DNA of 64,000 nucleotides, taken from positions 1-64,000 of the IMG/VR virus record IMGVR_UViG_3300003155_000005. One strand, 5' to 3'. A program made the position numbers and the translations under genes. Positions 40,050 to 50,638 of the stretch are shown here, one piece after another. The notes under the pieces were generated by a model, which saw only the letters and a list, made by a program, of their open reading frames with translations, made no database searches and had not been told where the DNA came from. The stretch comes from a virus. The stretch's first letter is position 1; every line of letters begins with the position of its first letter.

Positions 40050-40904
40050 ATGAATAATATGAATAATAATGATCCCAGTAATATTATAACACTTAGAAGT
40101 GTATATGGAAAAGTAAAAACATACTACTTTAACCCAATGAGGGGAAAAAATGGAACATATCCTCCTTTTGTAAAGAGGGTTAGAGTAAGTGCAGATGGTC
40201 GTGATACAGAAATGATTTTGAGTGAACAAGAATTAAATAGTGATCAAAGAGACTTTTTTATTCCAGAGGATCTCGAAATTATTGTAACTGATGGAACGAC
40301 ATTTGATTTAAGTAATCAATATCAAAAAAATATCTGGGAGTGCATTAAAGATTCTCATTTAATTGCTCCAGAAAGAGGTGCAAAAGATGAACATGGCAAT
40401 CTTCTTATTGATGGAGACATTAGACGTTATGGATTAGCAGAATTATATGTTGAACGTCCTGGAGTTGAATCCAAGAAACGTGTATCCCGTATTAAGTTAG
40501 TAACAAAGGCTTACACATTTATTGAACAAGATACCTCAGAACACAGAAAGGTTATTTGTAAACTTCTGGGAAAATCAATGAGAAATGCTCCTGATACTGA
40601 CATTCAGGATTATCTATATCAAAAAGCAGAGAAAGACCCAAATCTCATTATTGATATTTATACCAGTGCAGATCAGGCTTTGAAATTATTGCTAATTGAT
40701 GGCAAACAAAAAAATATTATTAGAACACAAAGTGGTGTTTTAATGTATTCCGATACGGCTCTTGGAGTTACTGATGAAGCCGCAATTTTATTCTTAAAAG
40801 ATCCGAAGAATAAGGCTATTTATGATTCAATTGTTTACGAGGTTTTTGGAGACATGAAAACAGATGATCTCGAAACGAAGCCCAGAGAGTCTAAAAAGAA
40901 ATAA
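40050..40904 (+). CDS. hypothetical structural-module protein (284 aa)
   Basis: Complete ORF with no TGA. Confidence 0.6.
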   Translation: MNNMNNNDPSNIITLRSVYGKVKTYYFNPMRGKNGTYPPFVKRVRVSADGRDTEMILSEQELNSDQRDFFIPEDLEIIVTDGTTFDLSNQYQKNIWECIKDSHLIAPERGAKDEHGNLLIDGDIRRYGLAELYVERPGVESKKRVSRIKLVTKAYTFIEQDTSEHRKVICKLLGKSMRNAPDTDIQDYLYQKAEKDPNLIIDIYTSADQALKLLLIDGKQKNIIRTQSGVLMYSDTALGVTDEAAILFLKDPKNKAIYDSIVYEVFGDMKTDDLETKPRESKKK

Positions 40905-40918
40905 TAAATTAGAATATT

Positions 40919-41806
40919 ATGACCGCTAGAGATTTATATGAATATGGTTTGATAGAACTTAATAAGTTAGAAGCGCCAAGTCTCTTAACTGAAGACTATG
41001 TTTATTTTTTAAATAAAGCGGTTCAACAATACATAAATTTAACATATAATAGATATGATATTAATCAGCAATCTACTGACGATTTAAGAGTTCTAAAAGC
41101 CACAGCGTTGTTTAAAGACGAAGATATTAAAAAGTTAAAAAGTGCTGATAATTTGGTATCTATTCAAGACAAAATAAACTATGGGATTTTATCATCAACT
41201 TATTATGTAGATCTTCCAAAAGACTATATGCATATGCTTAATTGTATTGTAGGCTTTGCAAGAACCGAAAATCCTAATAAGAAAACTCATTGTGATAGTG
41301 AGGTAGGAACCAAAGTTTATTTTACTGCTAAACGACTTACTGCAGACATGTATGGAGGGGTAATTAATAATTACTACCAAAAACCTTCATATAAAAGGCC
41401 TTATTACTATTTAAATACTATTAATACAAGTAATGAAATAGTTACCAATAAGGAACAAGATGATTCTATATTAAATTATATAGCAGATATAGAATCTTTA
41501 AGAGATTCTGAAGCCAAAGAAGGTGAGCGTATAGCAAACCCCTCTAATGTACGACTGGAATTAAGATTCGGAGATGATACTTTATATACTCCATCTGAAG
41601 TATATATTGAATATATTAAAGCTCCTATGTACATTAGATTGAGTCAGACTGATATTGATAATTCAATTAATGACTCATCTCAAATTTTAGAATTCCCAGA
41701 TTATGTATGCTACGAAATCTTGAATATTTTTGTTAGATTAATTATGGAAAATGCAAGTGATCCTCGATTACAAACAAATATTCCACTTAATCAGACCATT
41801 CCTTAA
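40919..41806 (+). CDS. hypothetical structural-module protein (295 aa)
   Basis: Complete ORF with no TGA. Confidence 0.6.
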   Translation: MTARDLYEYGLIELNKLEAPSLLTEDYVYFLNKAVQQYINLTYNRYDINQQSTDDLRVLKATALFKDEDIKKLKSADNLVSIQDKINYGILSSTYYVDLPKDYMHMLNCIVGFARTENPNKKTHCDSEVGTKVYFTAKRLTADMYGGVINNYYQKPSYKRPYYYLNTINTSNEIVTNKEQDDSILNYIADIESLRDSEAKEGERIANPSNVRLELRFGDDTLYTPSEVYIEYIKAPMYIRLSQTDIDNSINDSSQILEFPDYVCYEILNIFVRLIMENASDPRLQTNIPLNQTIP

Positions 41807-41853
41807 GCACAATCTAGGAATTAATAGTATTAATTTTAAATAAATACACAAGT

Positions 41854-43113
41854 ATGTTTGATTTTTTTAAAGAGGTAATAATCAACTCAGATATTCTTCC
41901 TAGAGAGGAAGGTATTGATGCTGCTGGCAATCCTTTCAAACGTTTCTATGCATTAACTCCTACAACTTCTGCAGAAACTATTGGAGCTGATCCAGCTAGT
42001 TATCGTGCTCCTAAAGAAGGTATTCTTCGTGTTCTTCGTTGTGCAGATTATGTTAAATCTGGCATTAAAGATGCAAAAGTTTATAAAACAGTAGGTCGTA
42101 GAGGAAAAGTTGCTGAAGTTGAGTTTAACTTAGCTCCTCTTGCAGATAGTGTAACTGAACCTGTACAATATCGTATTTTAGTCGATATTAGCTTACAGAA
42201 CCGTTACTACAGCGATTATAAATATCCCTGGTCAGAGTTCCACAAGCCAATTATAGCAGAATTTGAGGTAACTCCTGGAATGGATGCAAATGCTATTGCA
42301 GAGGCTGCTAAGAATGTATTAAAATTATATATTCCTTCAGACTATAAATATGCAGTTGCAACACTTCCAGCAGAGGCAGGAAAAGTTGTTCTTCGCTGCT
42401 CAGATCCTTACCAGGTTATTAAAGCTGCTAAGGTTCAGTATTTATCAGAGGAAGGTTGTATGCATGGATGCGCTAATCCTGTTTACTATGATAAAAATAT
42501 TGACATAGAGATTACAGAGAACATTGCTCCTTTTGGAACTGGTGAATGGCTGGTTGAGAATTTACGCTTCCCAACATATCCTAATTTACGTTATGCAGGA
42601 GTTAATGATGATGAGAAACCTATTAATGGAGCTTTATATACACAGTTTGCATTTGAGTATGTATCTCCTCGTAGAGGTCTACATGGTCAAGGAACAGTTG
42701 GACAAGCTCTGGTTTCTGTAACTCATCATGTTTTCTATGTATTAGATTCATTAGCTAGTGCATTTGAGAAAGCTATCACAGATGCTTTTGGAGCTGATGT
42801 AGACGTAATTCCTATGGATGCTAAACTTACAATCCTAAATGCAAGTAAGGAGTTTGCAGGTCCTATGGTTGTTTCTGCAGATCCTGTAAATAAGGGAGTG
42901 GAAGGAAATAGTGTAGCTCTACAGGCAACTTTTAGTGGAGAGTCTGGCAATGTTACTCCAGAATGGTCTGTAACTGGACCTTTCAAAATTGGAAAGCTTG
43001 ATGAACAGCCTATCTTAACTAAGCTTGATAGAGATGTTGTGGCTGGAGATGTTGGCACATTAACCGCTTCCTATAAAGGAATTTCAACAACTGTACAGGT
43101 AGTTGTTAAGTAA
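41854..43113 (+). CDS. virion protein with C-terminal Ig-like (Big_2-type) domain (419 aa)
   Basis: The C-terminal ~80 aa (VALQATFSGESGNVTPEWSVTGPF...GTLTASYKGISTTVQVVVK) fit the bacterial Ig-like pattern. Capsid-like codon usage and no TGA. Confidence 0.6.
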   Translation: MFDFFKEVIINSDILPREEGIDAAGNPFKRFYALTPTTSAETIGADPASYRAPKEGILRVLRCADYVKSGIKDAKVYKTVGRRGKVAEVEFNLAPLADSVTEPVQYRILVDISLQNRYYSDYKYPWSEFHKPIIAEFEVTPGMDANAIAEAAKNVLKLYIPSDYKYAVATLPAEAGKVVLRCSDPYQVIKAAKVQYLSEEGCMHGCANPVYYDKNIDIEITENIAPFGTGEWLVENLRFPTYPNLRYAGVNDDEKPINGALYTQFAFEYVSPRRGLHGQGTVGQALVSVTHHVFYVLDSLASAFEKAITDAFGADVDVIPMDAKLTILNASKEFAGPMVVSADPVNKGVEGNSVALQATFSGESGNVTPEWSVTGPFKIGKLDEQPILTKLDRDVVAGDVGTLTASYKGISTTVQVVVK

Positions 43114-43131
43114 ATATATAATTTACACAGT

Positions 43132-43172
43132 AATGGCAGGTGGGAGTCTTTTCCTGCCTGCCATTAATTTTA
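43132..43172 (+). terminator. rho-independent terminator
   Basis: Stem AATGGCAGG ... CCTGCCATT followed by AATTTTAAT. Confidence 0.5.
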
Positions 43173-43184
43173 ATATTACAACCT

Positions 43185-43853
43185 ATGACAATAGAAGCCA
43201 TAGCTAGTGCCGTGTGGAACAATGTCTACGACGGCCTAAAAGGAACTGTAAGTAACCCAGCAATGTCATTAGAACAATTAACTGATGAGGTTGTTGCAGA
43301 AAGAAATAATATTGCAAAAGAATATCTTTTAAAAGGAGTTATGACTTTACAAGAACTTTATAATGCAGTAAATTGTGTTGAAGTTAATTGTGATTTTATG
43401 TCAAAGTGTTGTGATCTTCCAGTTGGAAAGAAAGCTTTGCACTTTGAAATTCCTCCTATTCTTCTTATGAATGGAGTTTCCACAATTCAATTTGTAGGAA
43501 GTATAGATAGACAAGAACAATATAGTGTTTATACTGATGTAAGTTATAAATTTCATTTCTTTAGAAAGAGAGGAGCTGATAAACCATTTGTTTATATAGA
43601 TCCTACAATAAACTCTAATGGCAACATTGATGGTTATATCTTTAATGTTCCTTTTGTAAAATATATTTCAGTAATTGCAATTTTTTTAGATCCAAGAAAA
43701 CTATTAGAATTTGATTGCTGTAATGATTCTGAAACTATAACAGAATGTGGAATTATCTCTAATGATATTATTCATAGACTTACTGAGAAAAAGATTAGAT
43801 ATTACAGAACTGCGATGTTACCTGCACAACCAAATACTCAAACACCTTTATAA
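43185..43853 (+). CDS. hypothetical structural-module protein (222 aa)
   Basis: ATG 43185 lies downstream of the terminator and is preferred over GTG 43140. Confidence 0.55.
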   Translation: MTIEAIASAVWNNVYDGLKGTVSNPAMSLEQLTDEVVAERNNIAKEYLLKGVMTLQELYNAVNCVEVNCDFMSKCCDLPVGKKALHFEIPPILLMNGVSTIQFVGSIDRQEQYSVYTDVSYKFHFFRKRGADKPFVYIDPTINSNGNIDGYIFNVPFVKYISVIAIFLDPRKLLEFDCCNDSETITECGIISNDIIHRLTEKKIRYYRTAMLPAQPNTQTPL

Positions 43854-44689
43854 TGATTAGGGGTATTATTTACAAATATACATCTCCTTCTGGAAAAGTA
43901 TATATAGGACAAACTTTAAATGAGAAGAAAAGACGCCAAAGTTGATTTAATTTAAATCGCCCATATGCGGGCCCAAAAATTAATGCTGCGAGAAAGAAAT
44001 ATTTATCTGAAAATTTTGAGTATGAAGTAATATTTAGAATAGAGTCCTTAATTAAAGAAGAGGTAATTGAGATGTTAAATAATAAAGAAAGACAATATAT
44101 TCAATTGTTTGATTCTATCTATAACGGATATAATATTTCAATAGGTGGAGATTCAACTCTTCATATCTATTCCTCAGAAACCAAGAAAAAAATTTCAGAG
44201 CGTGCAAAACTGAGATATAAAGATTCTCGTAATAGACATATAACTTCGGAAGCAATAAAAGAATATTATACTACACATAAGAGTGTTGTTAGAAAACCTG
44301 TACTACAATTTTCTATTGAAGGTATATTTATTAGAGAATGGGAGTCTGCGAAGGCAGCTGGAGAAGCATTAGGAATACATGCAAATAGAATAACCACTTG
44401 TTGCAAAGGGCATAGAAACTATGCAGGGAGTTCTATATGAAAATATAAAACAGATTTCATAGAAATCCCATTAAAGATCTCTATAGGAGTTCAAAAAGGA
44501 TCCACACTTCCTGTATATCAATATAATTCAGATGGAATTTTATTAAAACAATGAACTTCTATTACAGAGGCAGCTAAGGAATTAGGATATAGTTTAAGTA
44601 ATTTTAGTACCTACTGTAATGGGAGAAATAATCATGAATATAAAGGGTTTTATTACTTTAGAGGACAACACAAATATGAAACTACATAA
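43853..44689 (+). CDS. free-standing GIY-YIG homing endonuclease (278 aa)
   Basis: ATG overlaps the upstream TAA. The N-terminus MIRGIIYKYTSPSGKVYIGQT is identical in protein to the intron 3 enzyme. Three in-frame TGAs (43942, 44438, 44552). NUMOD-like repeats are present. Ends at TAA 44687-44689. Confidence 0.75.
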
Positions 44690-45365
44690 TTTTAACTCAG
44701 TTTATTCCATGGCAAGTACTGTTTATGGGATTACTGTAGATCCTACCAACTTTGAGGATGTTGCAATGTTAGGATGGGAATTAATCGGAAATAGACACAC
44801 AAAATTATATAGATACGTTACCAATACAATAAATAAACGTATTAAACTACCTTGTAATTTAGTGGAAATAGAATCAGTCACAATTCCTTATATGGATGCT
44901 CAAATGACATCCAATCAAACCACTTATCCTCAAGTATATAATCAATATGTTGAAAAATATATTGAAGCTTGAAAGTGAGATGAGTCCACTTTATATGAAG
45001 CTGGAAAAATGATTAAATATAGAGAGGAAGGGGACGAGATTGTTTTTGATAGGGATTTTTCAGAAGTAATTATTCTTTATCACGGAATTATTGCTGATGA
45101 AGAAGGGTTGCCACTTTTGAATGATAAAGAAGTTCGAGCTTTAGCAGCTTATATTGTGTACTCCGATACTTATAAACAAGCATTAATGAGAAAAGATGGA
45201 AATCTTGTACAACTTGCACAAGTAGCTAAAGCAGATTGATTAAAAGCCTGCACCGCAGCTAGAATTCCAGATGTATTTACGCAAAATGATATGGATGCTA
45301 TTCTCGATGTGAAAACTCGTTGAGATCGTAAACAATATGGAAAAAGTTATCATCCAGTATTATAA
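44676..45365 (+). CDS. hypothetical structural-module protein (~229 aa)
   Basis: Track ORFs 44619 and 45009 are joined through TGAs. The start is ambiguous (44619, 44634 or 44676). Ends at TAA 45363-45365. Confidence 0.5.
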
Positions 45366-45366
45366 T

Positions 45367-46326
45367 ATGATAGGATATGTTTATTTAAGTACCTGTATAG
45401 TAACTCAGAAAGTTTATATCGGAATAACTATTCAAGATTATACAAAGAGATGAAAAGATCACATAAAATATTCATTTAATCCTAATTCTAATACTTATAA
45501 TCATCATTTTCATAGAGCTATTCGAAAATACGGAAAAGATAATTTTGTATGAACTATAATAGAAACCGTGCAATCTGAATCTAAAGAAGAATTGATAAAT
45601 TTATTAAAAGAATTAGAAATTAAATATATTAAGCATTATAATTCATATAATAAAGGATATAATTCTACAAAAGGAGGAGACACTTCAAGAAAAGAATGTA
45701 AGGGAATAGATGTCTACAATGAAGAAGGCATTTTATTAACCTCATTTTCTAATGCTAAGGAAGCCTCTGATTATTATGGTATTTCTAAATCCACAATTTA
45801 CCAATGTTGTGGAAGATTCACTACATATAACCTTTGAAAAGATTCTAGACTTATATTTAGATATAACACTGATATAGTTACAGAACAAGATCTAAGAGAT
45901 CTTTCACAAAATCACTATGATGCTACTGTAAATATGTATGATAGGAATGGGAAGCTGTTATATACATTTACAACTATTACAGAAGCAGCTAAAATATTAA
46001 AGCTCTCTCGTATTAGAATTACTGACAATTGCTCGAAACGAACTTCTTTTGTATTAGTAAATGGAGTTAGATATTTATTTAGATATTTTAATGAAGTACC
46101 TACTAAAGCAGAACTTCAAAAACTTAATAAAATAAAATCAGACCCAAAAATAAAAGTAAGAGCTATAGATGCTGTTACAAATAAAATACTTGGTGATTTT
46201 GAATCACAACAAGTTGCAGGAAAATATTTTAAAGTTAGACCTAATAATATTAGTGAAGTATGTTCAGGAAAGCGTAAAAGTGCGGGTAAATATAATGGAC
46301 ATGCTATCTTATGAATAAAAATATAA
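45367..46326 (+). CDS. free-standing GIY-YIG homing endonuclease (319 aa)
   Basis: MIGYVYLSTCIVTQKVYIGIT...YNKGYN plus three NUMOD-like repeats. Track ORFs 45568 and 45934 are joined by 4 in-frame TGAs. Confidence 0.75.
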
Positions 46327-46330
46327 ATAA

Positions 46331-46774
46331 ATGCGATATTTTACTAATCATTGTATAACTTCTACTGAATTATTTAGAAAATTTAAGAAGGATAAAATAA
46401 AGCTTTCAAAAAAACAATACTTAAAAGAATATAAAGCAGATACAAGGCAAGAATTAGCTGCTAAGGTTCTTAATTATTGTTTATATTTAGTACTATTGGA
46501 TATTATAAATAATAATATTATTTTTGCATTACCTGATACATTTGGATTTGATTCTGAGATCTCTATGAAAACATTCCAGGGAGATGAGTTCAAAGAAATG
46601 TGAAGAAAAGGTAAATTTAGAGACATTGATTTTGTATTATCTGGATTTAGAGGACATCAAATATTCTACACTTTTGAAACTAAATCTGGAGTGAAAGAAA
46701 AACCCATCTATGTCAATAAGAAGCTAAAAGATATTATTAGTGATAATACGAATGCAGGAAAAAATTACTTCTAA
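46331..46774 (+). CDS. hypothetical protein (147 aa)
   Basis: Track ORF 46331 extended through TGA 46601 to TAA 46772-46774. Confidence 0.5.
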
Positions 46775-47322
46775 TGGATATTATTAAATACTATACAGAT
46801 TATATTGATGAAGTGAATGAGAAGTTTCCTTCTTTGAGTAAACATGAGATAAAGCAAATATTAAATTATGGATTAAAAATGTTTAATACCTGTCACAGAA
46901 ATGGTTTGGATACTATTAATATAACATCCTACTATACTATGTATACGGGTAAATTGTTTAATGATGATTTTACACATTATCATTATTGAAGAGTGAAGTA
47001 TAAGAAGAAGTTGAGATTTCTTTATAAAAGGCAAAAAACAATCTATGATGGCCATTATTATTTTGGGATGACAGAAAAAGAATTTGAATATTATCAATCT
47101 CAAAAGAAAAATAGAGGTACTCGACGTCAAGTTTTCCATTATCCATATATGTTTGCTTATAAAATAAAAGAAGAGGCTTTTTCTGATCGCGGTCGTAAAT
47201 ATTTCTTTATAGTAGATTATCCAGAAGATGTAGGATGGATGTTTTACAAAGAAAATTGAACCACTCGAAGAGCAAGATATTTTGCTTATAGAGATGATTA
47301 CGGAAATATACAAATGATTTAA
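46774..47322 (+). CDS. hypothetical protein (182 aa)
   Basis: Track ORFs 46774 and 46993 are joined in frame and extended through TGA 47257 to TAA 47320-47322. Confidence 0.5.
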
Positions 47323-47324
47323 GT

Positions 47325-50300
47325 ATGGCAAATAATACTAAACAACAAGCGATAAATACTTTTACAGGTGGTTTGAATACTGATTTACATCCATTAACAA
47401 CACCTAATAATATTTTAACTGACTGCATTAATGGCACAATTATAACATATAATGGCAATGAATATATTCTCCAAAATGATATGGGTAATTATCAATTGCA
47501 AAATGCAGTCTTAACCCCAAACTATATACCAATTGGAGTAAAGGAATATGCAGGAGTAATATATATAGTCTCTTATAATCCTATTGAAAAACTAACAGAA
47601 ATTGGTTCATATCCATCTCCACAAACTATATTTGACTCTGAACATAATAATGAAAGAGAAGCAAAATACATTGAGTTAAAAGAAGAATACAGTAAATATA
47701 CTGTATTATCAAAGCAGCAAGCAATTCAATTATATTCTACAGAAGAGACATTTATATTAAATCCTGGAGATAAATATTACCTATATTTACAATTAGAACA
47801 AAATAAGGTATATCAAACTATTGAATTTTATGTACTAAGTCAGGAAAAAAACTTATTCCCATTAGAAGATGAACAAGTAAAAAAACATACAGTAAATAAT
47901 CCTGATAGAGATGATTATTCTCCTGTAACCTGAGAAATACCTGGATGATTAGCATATAAATTCAGACTTGCTACAATTGATCAATTTAATTTATATTTAA
48001 CTAAGTTAAACCAACCTGGATTCACCAAAGGGGCTGAAAATATTGACTTAGATTATTCTGTTACAGCTCAAGCAATAACTTCTGATCTACTATTTGATAA
48101 CAGCAACTTATTAGAAAAGCTGAAAGTGTGGCTAGCTGTTGGATATATTGATGATACAGGTACTAAAAATTATATATTTGATTCTAAGATAAAAAGGGTT
48201 GTAAAAACTGACGATTTTGCATCAAAAGTTGACTATGGCCTAATATGTGATATATCAGATATTAAGTATACTTCTGTTAATAAATTTTTGTTTACAAAAG
48301 ATATAGACCCCTCAATAAATGAGGAATTTTTTAAATTAAATATACCTGTTAATTCAAGTACCAAAACTGTTTTTATTGAAGCTATTCCATTAATACAAGA
48401 GGCTGAAGTAGGACAGCATATTATTTATGATAATTTTGAAACGACATTAACAATTGATTTAGATAATATTAAAGATGTTACAGATATTACAGTTTTTGAT
48501 ACATATAAATATCTAGTATCAACTGAAGATGTAACATTAAATTATACTATTACAAGTCCGTTAACAGCTGTATCTAATTTACTTACAGAATTAAGAATAT
48601 ATAAAATAACAAAAGGAACGGGAGATAATTATGATTTAAAGCTTGCTTGGGCTCAAGAGCTAAATGAAATTAATTATTTAGGCCAAAATATCACAACTTG
48701 TAACTTTAATGATAACTCAGCAATAATAGATGAAGAACAAGAACCTTTATTAGAAAAGTTTGAGAAAGAGGAAATTTATTTATTACAGCTAAGGATATAT
48801 ATTGATGGAGAAAAGAAGACACAATATCAAAATTGGCATAAATTATTAATTACAAGTGAGTTAATGAATCCATTTTATAATACAATACAAGATTTTTCTA
48901 CAATTGAGCTTTTAAATTGAATGAATCAATTAAAAAATTATGTAGATTTACCTGATGTTGTATTAGATGATAAAAATGATATTAATGATAATATGTCAAT
49001 TTATAGAAATTCAGGTCCAGATACTAGAATTTATAGATTGGCAAAAGAAACAAATGGGGAAACTTGACAAAGTAAGTATAAAGTTGAGACAGATATATTA
49101 TTAGAGTCAAATGTTTTCCCAGCAATTGGAGTAGATTCTTCAGATACTTTGGAAGTTAAGAATTACGAAGTGTCTATTTTAAATAAGGATGGCATTTGAA
49201 AAAATGATATTGATTGAAACTTTTCATTTGATGTAAAAACAAATAAAGGAACATTAAATTTTAATAAGGATCACTTAGAAAACTATATTACTTTATATAA
49301 ACGATATAGATTAGATTTAATGCAACAAGCTCGAGAAGAGAAAAATTGAGATAGAGTTTATATATATGATTATAGTCAATGTACAAAGAGGCCCGAACGA
49401 ACTAAATTAATTGGAAATATGATCAATGAATATTATTATTGAGGATGGCAAACATATGACTATGCAAGTGGAGGTTCTAGAGAGAATCACTTAGAACGTA
49501 GAAAAATATCTAATGCTGATAGCAACCCCCCAACATTATCTAACAATTATTGAAAAAAGAGTGATCCAAACGGACAAGGTAGTAGAGACGGACATTATAA
49601 TTGATGGACAAATGAACAAACTATAGTAAGTCCATATATGTTTATTTGATTTGATGCTATAGGTAGTAAACAATGGTGAAGAATGCAATCCTATTTTGAT
49701 CATACAGATCAAATCATGGGCCTCAGAATTGGAACAAAAATATCTACAGATATGGCATGGTGCATTGTTCCAATGAATGGAGGTAAAATGGATGTTGCTG
49801 GATCATATAGTAGTGAGGAAGTAAAAAAACAACTTCTTGGTATAGCCAATCAGTTTTCTGTACATATTTTTACATATGCTCCTCCAACTAGCTCATTAAC
49901 ATCAAGATATTATTTACTTATTCCAAATTATATAATAACTGATGAAAAACTGTCAGAAACAATAACCACAGGCAATTACACATGGAAATTTTATAATGTA
50001 AAATGGAATGGCAAAAACATAACAGAAAATACGGTAAATAAAAATACATTACGTTTAAATAATTTACAAATTATTAGTGATTCTGAAAATGTAGATTTCA
50101 GTAATTTAAAACCCACAACACTTAATGTAGAAAAAAGCAAATTTAAAAATATTAATCTTCTAATTTCAAGTGAATTAACAAATTCTTTTAACTACAAAGA
50201 TTATGATACAGATACAATAAGAGAAACTAATATTGATTCAATTAAATTAGATATTGATAATTTTCTATATACACTAAAAGACTTAAGTGCAAAACGTCAA

Positions 50301-50636
50301 GAAGTAACAGATAAATTAAATTCTATTAGTGCATATACAGTAGCTCATGATTTAGATGAATTAACAATTAATATTAGATCAGAGCTTAAAACATCTTATG
50401 ATACATTTGTATCATCATTACGAGCTGAAAAAACAACATCTAATAGTATTCGTTTTTATTCAATCTATGCAAACAATATTGATGTAGTACATGCATTAAA
50501 AATTGGTTCTGGAGGAGGAAATAAGGGCGAAACTGATCATGGATATTATTTACCTCCCACATCATCTTTTCAATTACCAATATATGAAGAACAATTGTGA
50601 AATAATGTTAGCGAAAATTTTATAAAAAATAAATAA
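47325..50636 (+). CDS. large virion/tail structural protein (1103 aa)
   Basis: Track ORFs 47325, 48126 and 49683 share a frame. At least 13 in-frame TGAs and no TAA/TAG until 50634-50636. Confidence 0.7.
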
Positions 50637-50638
50637 TT

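Noticed and set aside
46873-47458. Minus-strand ORFs 46873..47331 and 47207..47458
   Set aside because: They overlap + strand genes that are continuous under code 4. Their Ile/Phe/Ser-rich translations are typical of AT-rich antisense frames.
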